A DNA stretch of 64,000 bases from Mobula hypostoma (lineage: Eukaryota), in the NCBI RefSeq assembly GCF_963921235.1, contig NC_086108.1, positions 107,882,001 to 107,946,000 on the forward strand. The letters run 5' to 3'. Every line of letters starts with the position of its first letter. The stretch's first letter is position 1. Positions 48,120 to 61,149 of the stretch are shown one piece after another. The notes under the pieces were generated by a model. The model saw only the letters and a list, made by a program, of their open reading frames with translations, had not been told where the DNA came from and did not search any database. The position numbers and the translations under genes were made by a program.

Positions 48120-48850
48120 TGAATTCAGAGTTCAAAGTAAATTGATTATCAAGGTACATATATGGCACCATATACAACGTTGAGATTCATTTTCTTTTGG
48201 GAATTCACAGTAAGAACAAAGAAACAGATTAGAATTAATGAAAAACCACACACAACAATGAAGGATAAAAAACAAATGTCCGAAAGACACCAAACTGTGC
48301 AAATACAAAAAGAGAAAAAAAAGAAACAAATAATATAAGTATTGAGAACATGAGGTGAAGAGTCCTTAAAAATGAATCCATCGGAGTGGGAACAATTAGG
48401 AGTGGGAGTGTTGGGGTAAGTGAAGTTAACCCCTCTGCTTCAGGAACCTCATTGTTGACAGATAACTAACTGTTGTTGAACCCGGTGGTGTGAGACCTGA
48501 GGCTCCTGTACCTTCATCCTGATGGCAGCAGCAAGAAGAGAGCATGGCCTGGCTGGTGGGGGTCCTTGATGATGGATGGCATTTTCCTGTGACAGCGCTG
48601 CTTGTAGATGTGCTCAGTGCTGGAGAAGGCTTTACCCGTGATGGACTAGGCTGTATCCAATACTCTTGAAAAACTTTTCCATTCCAGGGCATTGGTGTTT
48701 CCATACCAGACCGCCAGGACATTCTTCACTGCCTATCTATAGAAGTTTGTCAAAGATTTAGATGACATCCTGAATCTGCACAAACTTTTACGAAAGCAGA
48801 GGTGCTGCCATGCTTTCTTGGTAATGGCACTTATGTGCTGGACCCGGGAC
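48120..48850 (-). mobile_element. Rex1/Babar-type LINE 3' region
   Basis: Minus strand KHISAITKKAWQHLCFRKSLCRF...LTNFYR and the family tail tatgtaccttgataatcaatttactttgaac. Confidence 0.75.
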
Positions 48851-49387
48851 TCTGGTGTAATAAGATAGACTTTCCAGCACATTATTAATTTATTGAGCAT
48901 CTTACAAAGTACAGAGAGAATAATGCATGCATTTGGGGAGATGCGAGACTGTGGTTACTTTACCCTTCTCACTTTCTCAGCCTATATGGTCCCTATGAGT
49001 AGCGATGACTGAGGCATTCCAAATCTATCCTTGACATCATCCTGATCTAGTCACTTTGAAGTGGCACCATCTCCTCAGGCAAAGCCGTGCCTGCTTTTTT
49101 TTAAACATTTTTATTTATTTGGAGATACAGTACAAAACAGGCTCTTCCAGCCCAACAAGCTGCACTGCCCAGCAGCCCCATTTACAATGACCAATTAACC
49201 TACTAACTGGTACATCTTTAGACTGTGGAAGGAAACCAACGTATTCAGGGGAAGAATGTACCAACTCCTTACAAATAGCACTGTAATTGGACCACTGACT
49301 CTCAAATACACCTGACTGCAATAGTGTCACACTAACCACTAGGCAACTATGGCACCATTTCCATCGGGAAGAAAGTCACCAAGTAGA

Positions 49388-49926
49388 CACTGAGTGGCCA
49401 CTTTATTAGGTACACATGTACACCTGCTTGCTAATGCAAATATCTAATCAGCCAATCAACTCAATGCATAAAAACATGTAGATATGGTCAAGAGATTTGA
49501 TTGTTGTTCACACCAAACATCAGAATGGGGAAGAAATGTGATCTAAGTGGCTTTGACCGTGTAATGGTTATTGGCGTCAGATGGGGTGGTTTGAGTATCT
49601 CAGAAACTGCTGGTCTCCTGGGAACTTCATGCACAACAGTCTCTAGAGTTTACAGAGATTGGTGTGAGAAACAAAAAGACATCCAGTGAGCGGCAGTTTT
49701 GTGGGTGAAAACACCTTGTTAATGAGAGAGATCAGAGGAGAATGGCCAGGCTGGTTCAAGCTGACAGGCAGGCAACAGTAACTCAAATAACCATGCAGTA
49801 CAACAATGGTTTTCAGAAAAGCGTCTTTGAACACACAACATATTGAAACTTGAAGTGGATGGGCCAAAGCAGCAGAAGACCATGAACATATACTCAAGAT
49901 TTACCTAATAAAGTGGCCGCTGAGTA
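49388..49926 (+). mobile_element. Tc1-like non-autonomous DNA transposon with both TIRs
   Basis: TIRs cactgagtggccactttattaggta / tacctaataaagtggccgctgagta; MGKKCDLSGFDRVMVIGVRWGGLSISETAGLLGTSCTTVSRVYRDW HTH domain; no DDE domain. Confidence 0.85.
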
Positions 49927-50742
49927 TAGAAAGTTGTAGAATACAGGACCATCTACCAAAAAAAAATCACAGAGCTAGATAACACAGAGTTAAAACAATG
50001 AATCACCAAGGCCTTGGAAATATAAGGGGTTGCCTGTCCTACCCCTAGCAATTCTCAACATACTACAGAAAGTGGCAGGAAATCTGAGTGTCCACATCTC
50101 TTAAGATCCATCTGACCTTAACGTATTGATACAATTATGAAGAAGGCACACCAATGGCTATACTTCAACAGGAGTTTGAGGAGATTTGGTAAGTCACCAG
50201 AGACTTCAGCAAACTTCTACTGGTGGTGAGCATTCTGACTGGTTGCATCACAGTCTGACATGGAGGTGACTCCGCACAGGATCGGAAAAAGCTGCAGAAA
50301 TTGTAAACTCAGCCACCTCCGTCACGGGAGCTAGCCTCCAGATCATCGTGGACATCTTCAAAAGGAGATAGTACCTACAGTCAGAGAGGAAGTAAAAGAG
50401 TCTTAATACACATGTACAACATTTTAGGAACAGCTTCTTCTCTTCTCTGAATGGACAACAAACTCATGAACACTACCTCACTATTTTTTCATTTCTTTTG
50501 TAATTTACAGTATGTTTCATGGTCCTTTAGAACAGACGGCTGTGGAGGCTAAGTTATTGCGTGCATTTAAAGAGGAGGTTGATAGGTTCTTGATTATTCA
50601 GGGGGCCAAAGGTTATGGGGAGAAGGTAGGAGAATAGGATTGAGATAGAAAGTAAATCTGTCATATTTGAATGTTAGAGAAGACATGATGGGCTGAATGG
50701 CCTAATTCTGCTCCTATGTCTTAACTTTTTATGGTCTTAACT

Positions 50743-50822
50743 TAGGGGTTCACAACCGGGGGTCCATGGACCCATTGCTTAATGGTAATTATCCAAGGCA
50801 TAAAAAAGTTTGGGAACCCCTG
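50743..50822. mobile_element. 80-bp hAT-type MITE with 8-bp TSD
   Basis: Ends taggggttcacaa / ttgggaacccctg; flanks tcttaact (50735-50742) and tcttaaat (50823-50830); related copies near 1668 and 11436-11515. Confidence 0.7.
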
Positions 50823-51011
50823 TCTTAAATGACAGATCCTGGTTGGTATGGATGAGTTAGGCCAAACGGCCTATTTCCATTCTGTATCATCCTATGACTC
50901 TTATATGAATTTATCAAAATGTTTTTATACAATGCCACATTATTTAGCATAAATGTGGCACATTTTCACCTGAAAGTGCCCTTCATTGAATATGTTAATA
51001 CCAATCAAATC

Positions 51012-51342
51012 GTTTACTTACTTACTGTCTGTCACGCCGCTGGAATTTAGGGCAGCAATGAAGGTCCTTCATCTCTGTCTGTCCTTGGCCACTCAGATGT
51101 CGGATTCTTCATTGCTGTTGCTGTGACAGTTTTGTTTTACCAGTCAGGGTTGTTAGCTCTGAGCTGAATCCTTGAACCTGGAGGACCAGTGGACCACTCT
51201 TAGTCTCACCTCTACCCTTCTAACTGTTTGGCATGAGTGATCCTACCAAGAACATAAAGCCCTGAATCCAGCCAACATAGCTCTCCAGGTCATTGAGGTA
51301 CCCAAGCCTCAGAACCATGACAAGGTTGTGGTCCTCTTGGAG
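51012..51342 (-). mobile_element. Bipartite RTE-derived SINE-like element (RTE 5' UTR joined to RTE 3' tail)
   Basis: Minus strand ggaccacaaccttgtcatgg...ctcaatgacctggagagctatg...gtggtccactggtcctccaggttc...gctaacaaccctg, ending in (taag)n. Confidence 0.65.
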
Positions 51343-51941
51343 AAATAAATCAGTTTGTTAACACATAAAGGACCTTCCTCTTGGTTAGATTACTGTTTCA
51401 TAAGGTATCAAGTTAAGGAAACCAGAACGATTGGAAGGTAAAATGAGCAGTAACCCTGTGGAAGGCCATTTCAAGGAGTATATATGAGAATGTTTTGCAG
51501 ATTAATGTTTTACTAAAGCAACGAAGGAAAAGATTATTTTAGATCTGACTGCTGTATTGTGGAATGAAAAAGAGTTGGGTTATTGGTGAAGAGTAATTTT
51601 AAAATGATAACATTTTGTATAGAGATGAAAATCAGTTTAGGTCAATGTGAAATGAGGAACTTAAAGCAACATCCATCATCAATATCTTTTTCCCTCCACT
51701 TCTATTCCCCACAATAGCATCTTACCTCTTCTCACTTGCCTATCATTTTCCCCTGGGTCCCCTCCTCCTTCCCTTTCTCCTATGGTCCACTCTCCTCTCC
51801 TATCAAATTCCTTTATCTCCAGCTCTTTACCTTTTCTACCCAACTAGCATCATCTATCTGCTTCTAGCTAGCCTCCTTCCCTTCCTACCACCTTTTTATT
51901 CTGCAGTATTCCCTCTTTATTCTCAGTCCTGATGAACATCT

Positions 51942-52327
51942 TGGTATGGGGGGACGGGGTGGTTTGGTGGTTAGTGCGTAGGATCTAAGTAAGTAGCAGA
52001 GAGTTGTAAATTTAAGTCAGCTCCATCAAGGGTACTAGCCTCTGTAGTATCCACAACATCTTCAAGGAGCTATGCCTTATAAAAGCAGCATCCATCATTA
52101 AGGACCCCCACCACCCAGGTCATGCCTTGTTCTTATTGCTCCCATCAGTAAAGAGGTACAGAAGACCGACGGCACGCGCTCAAAAATTCAGGAACAGCTT
52201 CTCCACCTCTGCCATCCAATTTCTGAATGGACATTGAACCTATGAACACTACCTCACTACTTTTTATTTCTATTTTTGCATTACTTATTTAATTTAACTA
52301 CGTAATATACCTGTGTGTGTGTATATA

Positions 52328-52358
<31 letters not shown>

Positions 52359-52465
52359 TTACTTAATTCACTGATTTTTATTGTTACGTATTGCATTGTA
52401 TGCGGCCACAAAGTCGTCAAATGTCACGGCATATGCTGATGATATCAAACCTGATTCTGATTTTG
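51942..52465 (+). mobile_element. Rex1/Babar-type LINE 3' fragment containing a (TA)n tract
   Basis: KAASIIKDPHHPGHALFLLLPSVKRYRR...FRNSFSTSAIQFLN; tail aaacctgattctgatt. Confidence 0.75.
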
Positions 52466-54171
52466 TCTGTGTGCAGCTTTTCGTTAATTCTATTGCATTT
52501 CTTTGTTTAACTGTGAATGCCTGCAAGGAAGTGAATCTCTTGTGACGTGAATGTACTTTGATAGTAAATTTATTTTGACCTTTGACTTTAAATACTGAAA
52601 CAATGCCTAGTTTGAAGTCATAAAGCGGTGGTAGACTGGAAAACTACCTACAGTATAACGCACAACAGTAAATCAGCAGTGGCTAATTTTTAAATAATTT
52701 TGAATATTCCCTTAAGCATAAACACCCAATCTGGATTCCTACATACTGTAGCTGACAAAAATAATTTAAAGGTGTTATTGGATGAAATGAAGAGAGTTAA
52801 GATATTAACAAAAGCACGGTAAACCCAAAGGTAATAATGAGAAGAGGTATTTGAATGAAGAGTACTTGAAGAAGTATGGAATTAATATGGTGACACAGTG
52901 GCATAGGAGTTAGCAAAACACTTTGCAGTGACAGAGCATATCAAAGCGATAGGGCCTGGGTCCTAGTACGGGGATTGACCCAATGTTTGGGCGATGTACA
53001 CGCCGGGCTGGATAGATCGACAAAGCAGGGTGTCGGGGCCGGGGGCGAGGGTTGGGCTGGTTTTGCTCGCTGTTCCGTGTCATTTACTTCCTTCTTCGCG
53101 GCACTGAGACAGCGGGTCTGCTCTGGCTGCTCCGGGTTTCATGTCTACGGACTCACTTTCGTTCCAAATGCTGTCGCTTGCTTTTATTGTTTGCACAATC
53201 TGTGTTTTTTTCTCTGTCTGTACATTGGGTGCTTGTTGGTCTTTTCTGTAATGGGTTCTTTGGGATTTCATGTTCTGTGACTGCCCGTGAGGAGACGAAT
53301 CTCAAGGTTGTATAATGTACACATACTTTGATAATAAATATACTTTGAACTTTAAGGAGTAACAAAATAGTACTCGGAGAGTAAAATGGAACTGAAGATT
53401 GATATGCACATGATGGCCCATGCCGCAAGAAAGAATTGTCATGGAATTTGACTAAGAGATGACATGTCATCTTCCAGAGTTCCAGTAATTATACAACAGT
53501 TCCAACAGATTAGAAAGAACAATTATACAATTAACAATTGTAATCATATTCCACTTGGCTTGCTAATCACTTGCTCTACATGTACATTCAGTGATTCATG
53601 TACAAAGATACCAAGATCCCTCGACGCAAAACACATTTCAATATCTCACCATTGAAAACAATTCTATTTTGTAAAGATAAAGATTAGCTTGAGTCATTAC
53701 ATGTACATAAAAAGATAGAGGGAAGTGCATTGTTTGCATCAGGAATGTGCTGGAAGCAGCCCACAAGTGTCGCCATGCTTCCATGCCAGCATAACGTGCC
53801 CACAACTCACTAACCTTAACTCATACGTCTTTCGAATGGGGTTGGAAATCGAAGCCTGCACTGCCCAATTACACAGTTAACGGCTCTTCCGGCCCAGTGA
53901 GTCTGCGCTGCCCGGTTACGTAGTAACTGGCCTTTCTGGGCGGTCCAATTACACCTGTGTGACCAATTAACCTACTCAGCCAAAATACCTTTGGCATGTG
54001 GGAGGAAAGCAGTGCACCCGGAGGAAACCCATGTGGTCATGTGGGAGAACATACAAACCCCTTACAGATGGCGGTGAGTATTGATCTCCGTGTTATGCTC
54101 ACCGCTATGCTACCATGCCACCCTGGTATATAATACCTCGTTCCCTCATCCAGAGCACTGATGCTGATTAT

Positions 54172-55553
54172 AAATCCAAGTGATTCTGCAGGTGCTGGAA
54201 ATAAAGAGAAATGCACACAAAGTGCTGGAGGAACTCAGCAGGTCAGGCAGCATCGATGGAAGGGAATAAACAGTTTACACTTTCAGGCCAAGATTCTTCT
54301 TCGGGACTGGGAAGGAAAGGGGAAGTTACCAGAATTAAAAGCTGGCTGGGAGGGGAGGAGGATAGCTAGAAAATGGTAGGTGAAGCTAGGCAGGTGGGAA
54401 AGGTAAAGGGATGGAGAAGAAAGAATCTTACAGGAGGGGAAAGTGGACTACAGGAGGAACAGAAGGAGGAGGGGGCTCTAGGGGTGGTGATAGGCCAGTG
54501 AGGAAAAGAGATAAGATGCCAGAGGGAAGGGGGAGGGAGGATTCATTGTTCATGCCATCAGGTTGGAGCCTCCTCGATGGAATATGAGGTGTTGTTCCTC
54601 CAACCTGAGAATGGCTTCATCTCCTCAAAAGAGGAGACCTTGCACTCACAGGTTGAAATGAGAATGGGGATAGGAATTAAAATAGTTGGCCACCAGGAAT
54701 TTCTGCTTTCGCCAATGGAACGGAGGTGCTTGACAAAGCAGTCCCCCAATTTACATCAGGTCTCACAAATGTAGACGACGTCTCGTCAAGAGGACCGGAT
54801 ACAATAACTGACCCAACAGATTCAGGGTGAAGTGTTACCTCAGCTGAAAGGAGTGTTTGGGCCCTGAATGGAGGGGAGAGAGGAGGTTAATGGGCAGGTG
54901 TACCATTTCTCTTGCTTGCAGGAATGTGTGCCGGGGGTAGATTAGTGGGGAGGGATGAGTGGACAAGAGTGGAGGGAGCAATTCCTGCAGAAAGAGGAGA
55001 GTCGAGTCGGGGAGGTAAAGAAGTGTTTGGTGGTAGGATCCCGCTGAAGGTGGCAAAAGTTGCGGAGACTGATGTGTTGGTTGTGAGGGCTCATGGGTGG
55101 TAGGTGAAGACAAAAGGAACTCTATTCCTGTTCAGACCCCAGGAAGGTGGGGTGAAGGCAGATGTCCAGGAAATGGAAGAGATGCAGGTGAGGACAGCGT
55201 TAATGGTGGAGGAAAGGAAACCCCTGTTTTTGAAGAAGGAGGACACCTCTGGTGTCCTGGAATGGGAAGCCGCATCTTGGAGCAGATACGATTGAGATAA
55301 TGAAGTCAGAAAAGGGAATAGCGATTTTACAGGAGACAGGGTGGGAAGAGATATTGTGTTCTTGATAACCATGGGAATCGGTAGGGTTATAAAAGATGGA
55401 GACAGAGAGATCGAGAAAAGGGAGAGAAACGTCAGAAATGGAACAGGAGAATTTGAGGGCAGGCTGGAAGTTAGAGGCAAACATGATGAAATTGATGAAC
55501 TCAGCATGGGTGCATGAAGCAACACCAATGCAGTCATCGACATAGCATAGGAA
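54172..55553 (-). mobile_element. Penelope-like retroelement remnant: RT C-terminal half, GIY-YIG endonuclease and 3' pseudo-LTR
   Basis: Minus strand FLCYVDDCIG (YVDD at 55533-55544)...LKFSCSISDVSLPFLDLSVSI...PTDSHGY...SSHPVSCKIAIPFS; RVPFVFTYHP; LGDCFVKHLRSI; then the pyrimidine tract and degenerate hammerhead terminus shared with the short elements. Confidence 0.88.
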
Positions 55554-56084
55554 GGCTTAGAACGTCGATGTCAATTGTCAGCTGCTGGTAACCCAGCACC
55601 AATCCCCTTGACACAAGTTATCCACCCGGAAATGAACAGTTTCTTCCTACTTCCTGTTTTCTGTCTGCTAACCAGTCCTCTGTCCATAACTCTCACTCTC
55701 ATCTCGAGTTTTATTTATCTATTTCGAGATACAGTACCCACTAGGCACTTCTGGTCCTTCGAGCCATGCTGCGTGTAACCCCTAATTGTACCCAAGCCTA
55801 ATCACAGGACAATTTACAATGACCAATTAGCCTATCAACCAGCAAATCTTTAGAATGGAAGGAAAGCAGAGCATCGGAAGGAAAGCCACACATTCCACAG
55901 GGAGGATGAACTAACTCCTCACTGAGGATGCCCAGGTTGAACTCTGAACTCTGAATTCCGACCTTGGCTGTAATGGCTTCCCACAAACCAATAAGCTACC
56001 TTCGCACCCTAATTGCAGTTGTCTCATTTAGTTTCATAACCTCTTATACTGCATTTTATCGCAGACTTTTCAAAGTTGGAGAAG

Positions 56085-56712
56085 CAGAAGGCAAAAGGGA
56101 GATGACAAGATAGAGATAGGTGGAGAGCCTAACAGTGACAGAGAGAAAGAGACAGATGGAAAGATAGACTGAGACAGGCAGAGGTGAAAGAAAGGGACAG
56201 GGAGAGAAAGAGAGAGGAAGGCCAGAGAAAGGTAGAGAGAGACCCAGACAGGCAGTCCGACAGAGGTGAAGGAAAAGGTGAGGTTGGGGAAGAGAGATAA
56301 AGGGAGGGAGAAAGAGAGAGAGACAGACAGACAGACAAGTAGACAGATGGAGGTGAAATAAAGGGGGGAGGGAGAGATGAAGAAAGCGAAAGACAAACAG
56401 ACAGAAAGGCAAACAGAGATACAAGAGATTCTGCAGATACTTGAAATCTTGAGCAACACACACAAAACGGTGGAGGAATTTAGCAGGCCAGGCAGCCACT
56501 ATGAAGGGGAATAAACAGTCGACGTTTTGGGCCGATATTTGGACTGATGGAGTCAAACAGACAGAGGTGAGTGAAAAGTTGATGGTAGGGGGAAGAGAGA
56601 TACAAAGTGTGAATGAAAGAGAGAGAGGGAGAAAGGGAGAGAGACGGATGAGAGATGCAAAGTGTGATTGATAGAGAGAGAGAGGGAGAGAGAGAGGGAA
56701 GAGAGAGAGAGA
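56085..56712. repeat. GA-rich low-complexity tract containing a Penelope-derived short insert (56420-56550)
   Basis: Purine-rich (GA/GACA) field; insert flanked by aggcaaacagaga / agtcaaacagaca. Confidence 0.8.
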
Positions 56713-57574
56713 TCTCCATCTGCCAGACATGTTTTCTTGCACTGTGTTTTGCAGTTCCTACATTTGTTTGTCTTTGTTCTCACTCTCTAACTGCCTCCAT
56801 TCACTCCTTGCCCAGATAATTTTGTACAAAGTCAAAGAGCAGTTTATCGTCATACGCACAAGTACAGCGCACAGATACAATGATACACTTACTCGCAGCA
56901 ATATCACAGGCATCACAGAAAGAGCATTCACAAGAAAAAAACTTAAATTAATCATAAATTATGCATAGTTTTTACAAGAAAGCACAATTAGAATAAAACA
57001 TACAGTCCATTTTAGTGCCAGGCATTCACAGTTTATCAGCATGATCACCTTGCTTTTACCCTGGACATCTCCTCCATCAGCTTCACTATATTTAAGAAGG
57101 TTCTGTTCTCTCCTTCCCATTTCTCACCATCTTCAGCTTGTAATGTCGACCCTGTTTCTACTCCCACGGAAGCGGCCTGATCAATTGAATGTTTCCAGGT
57201 CTTCCTGTTTGTTGTGTGTTCTCATCGAACTGCTCTCCCTTCCTCTTGCTCTCAACTGTCTGTTTTTGATGCTTTTGTTCATGCGGTCTATTCAAAAGCA
57301 GTTACTTTCCCAAGCAGAGATGCTGATCAACACCTCCACCCATTAACTCACCACTAGTTTATTATTTCCCATCAGTCACCTTATGTAGAGCCTAATGTCA
57401 ATTCATGAACATACAGTCTGTCATTGTATACAAGCTATCTTGTGTATTTATTATTATTGTGTTCTTATATTTTGTATTTATTTTTGTGCTGCATTGGATT
57501 TGGAGTAACAATTGTTTTATTCTCACACTTGTGTATAGGAAATGACATGAAACAATTTTGAATCTTTCTGTTCT

Positions 57575-58400
57575 GGAGAGTAACACATACAAATTGCTGG
57601 AGGAACACAGTAGGTCAGGCAGCATCCATGGAGTGGAATAAACAGTCGACTTTGCGGGCCAAGACCATTCATCGGGACTTGAAAGGAAGGGGGAAGATGT
57701 CAGAATAAAAACATGGGGGGAGGGGGAGAAGGTGATAGGTGACGCCAACTGAGGGGGAAGATGGTGGGTGGAGGAAGGGGTGAAGTAAGAAACCGCGAGA
57801 TGAAAGGTGGAAGCGGTAAAGAATTGAAGAAGAAGGAATCTGATAGGAGAGGAGAGTGGACTGTGGGAGAAAGTGAAGAAGGAGGTGATAGGCAGGTTAG
57901 AAGGAATGAAAGGATAACTAGAATGGGAAATGAAAAAAGAGAGGAATAATTACCACAAGTTAAAGAAGTCAATGTTCATGCCATCAGGTTGGAGGCTACC
58001 CAGATGAAATATGAGGTGTTGCTCCTCCAACCTGATTTTGGCCTCATCGTGGCAGTAGAGGAGGCCATTGTCAGACATGTCGGAATGGGAAGTGGAATTG
58101 AAATGGGTGATCATTGGGAGATCCTGTCTTTTGCAGCAGACAGAGGGAAGGTGTTCAACAAAGCAGCCCCCCAATCTGTGTTGGGTCTCCCAATGTAGAG
58201 GACATCAACGCTAGAAGCACTGGATACAGTAGACAACCAAAATGGACCTACAGGTGAAGTGTCACCTCACTGAGTATAATGGCTTATGGCCCTGAGTGGT
58301 GATGAGGGAGGAGGTGTAGGGGCAGGTGTAGCACTTGTCATGCTGGGATGAGCGCCAAGAGGGAGATCAGTGGGGAGGAATGAATGGACAAGGGAGCCGC
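57575..58400 (-). mobile_element. Penelope-like element 3' part (GIY-YIG C-terminus and pseudo-LTR)
   Basis: LGGCFVEHLPSVCCKRQDLPMITHFNSTSHSDMSDNGLLYCHDEAKIRLEEQHLIFHLGSLQPDGMNIDF. Confidence 0.85.
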
Positions 58401-59904
58401 ATGTTTCCAGTTCAAGGGACAGTCCCTTTCTTCACAGAACTGTTTGATTTCACCCACAGTGCTGCGCCAAAGAGCAGGAAACAAGACATGTGTGAAACAC
58501 ATTGAAGTGTTTGCAAGGCTCACATTAATACAAAACACAAGAGATTCTGCAGGTTCTGGAAATACAGAATAATAGAGATACACACACAAAATACTGGAGG
58601 AACTCAAAGTCAGGCAGCACCTATGGAGAGGAATAAAGACCCAGCGTTTTCTGTCAAGACCCTTCATCAAGAGGGGAAAGAAAAGGGGAAGAAGCCAGAA
58701 TAAGGTGGTGTGGGGAGCAGGAGGAGTACTAACTCGAAGTTGATAGTGAAACCAGGTGAGGAGAAGGTGGTAGATGAGGAAGAGTTGGGATAGAGATCCT
58801 TTATCAGGACTTTTCGGTTGTGCTCTTTGTTTCAACTCATTTATTATGGGATGCCTTGGTAACTCAGCAGTAAGCGCCGCACTATTATAACTTAGAGCGA
58901 CTGAGTTCAGAGTTCAGTTAGAGCGCCACCTGTAAGGAGTTTGTACGTTCTCCCCGTGAGTGTGTGGGTTTCCTCTGGGTGCTCTGGTTTCCTCCCACAG
59001 GTGTACTGGTTAATAGGTTAATTGGTCATGATAAGGGGGAGGTAGTTAAGGGTTATGGAAAAGTGTGGGAGAATGAAGGTAAATCAAATCCACCATGATC
59101 GAATAGTAGAGCAGACTGGATGGGCTGAATGGCCTAATTCTTCTCCTCTGTTCTGTGGTCTATCACATGATACCATACAGTACGTAGTAAGTTCCAGTGA
59201 GTACAAGGTTAGAGTGAGGTGTGCCATCTACTGGTCTTCAGACCTCTTGTCAGTTTTAACATACAGTATATGATAGGACATCCAGTTAAATTTCTGTGCA
59301 AGGCAGTTTAGTAATGGAGCATTGCTTGCCACTCTGGGGAGGATGTGGAGACACAGGAGATTGTAGATGCTGGAACCTGGGGCAAAAAAAGCTGCCCGAG
59401 GAACTCAGGTGGCATCCACGGAGCAAACAGAAGAGTTAGCGATTCAGGGTTGAGTTCAGATGAAGGTTCTCCACCTGAGACGTTGACGGACCATTTTCAG
59501 GCATCACCGTAGGCGTTAGCGTGATGCTATTGCAGCTTGGGGCGTTGGAATTCAGAGTTCAATCCCAGTGCTCTCTGTAGAGAACTTCTACATACTCCCC
59601 GTGGAATGAGTGGGTTTATTCTGGGTCCTCCAGTTTCCTCCCATGGTCCAGAGACATACCGGTTAATTGGTCATTATAAATTGTCCCGTGATTAGGTGAA
59701 GATTAAATTGGGGGTTGTGGGGCAGTGCTACCAAGAAGGGCCGGAAGAACTTGTCCGCTCTGTATTTCTACAAAAAGTAGCCCTCACGGATGCTGCCTGA
59801 CTCGTTGAGTTCCTGCAGCAGTTTGCTTTATCTTCGTTCATGAGCAGCATGTTATGTTGACGCGTTGAACGCACACAGGCTTTTTCTCTTCCAGGTGGGT
59901 GAAC

Positions 59905-60397
59905 CAGAACCGGTTTCAGGTTTAATATCGCTGGCATACAGTATGCCATGAAATTATTGTTCTGCAGTACGTTGCAATACATAATAATAAAAACTATAAA
60001 TTACAATAAGGAATATTCTGTATACTGTATAAAGATCAAATTCGCTAAGAAGTGTGAAAGGAGAGCAAAAAAATACTGAGGTAGTGTTCATGGGTTCGTT
60101 GTCCATTCGGAAATCAGGTGGCAGAGGGGAAGAAGCTGCTCCTGCAACACTGAGTGTTTGACTTCAGGCTCCTGTGCCTCCTGCTTGATGGTAGCAATGA
60201 GAAAAGCTCAGGTCCTAGATGAGGGGCTCCTTAATGATGGATTCCATTTTCCCGAGACATCGCCTTTTGAAAATATCCTTGATGCTCGTCCCTATGATGG
60301 TACAGGCGGTGTTTACAACTTTCTGCAGCTTTTTCTGATCCCGTGCGGTTGCCCCTCCATACCAGATGGTGATGCAACCAGTTAGGGTGCTCTCCAC
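59905..60397 (-). mobile_element. Rex1/Babar-type LINE 3' fragment
   Basis: ESTLTGCITIWYGGATARDQKKLQKVVNTACTIIGTSIKDIFKRRCLGKMESIIKEP. Confidence 0.8.
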
Positions 60398-61149
60398 TAG
60401 AGACCGGAACTAGAGGTCAGAGGTTCAGGGTGAAAGGTATAAAACTTAAGGGGAACCTGAGTGGGAACTCCTTCACGCAGATTGTGAATGAAATTGCATT
60501 GAAAGTGGTAAAAGCAGGTTCAGTTGTAACAGTTAAGAGAAGTTTGCATTGGTGCATGGATGGAAGGGGTATGGAGGGCTATGGTACAGGTGCAGGTCGA
60601 TAGGACTAGGCAGAATAATAGTTTGGCAGGGCCGTGGCCTGTTTCTGTGTTGTACTGTTCTATAAATCTATGTGGGTTCTATTAAAACATGTTAGGAAAG
60701 TTTGGATAGGTACATGGATGAAAGGGGTGTGGAGGCTATGGTCCAGAAGCAGATTGATAGAACTAGGCAGAGAACACATTGGCATGGACTAGATGGGCCG
60801 AAGGGTCTGTTTCTTTACTCTATGACTCATCTATGATTAGCTTTATAAACCCACAGTGAGAATCCACAGACTCCTTAGAGGCAGTGGTGGGAATTGAATC
60901 CCATTCGCTGGTACTGTAAAGCGCTACGCTAAACGCGATGCTACCATGCAACCAATATCAATACCAAATCAGTTACCAATACCCATTTGACTCCTGTCCC
61001 ATGTATGGAGGAGCTTGGGATCCCATCAGTTACCTCAGATCTCACAACACTAGAGTAGAAGTAAGTTACCCTTGATTCTGAGGGATAGCTGAAGAAGATG
61101 GGGTGCATTGGTTGGGGTAAAAGGAGGCCTTAGTCAACTGGATTAATAC

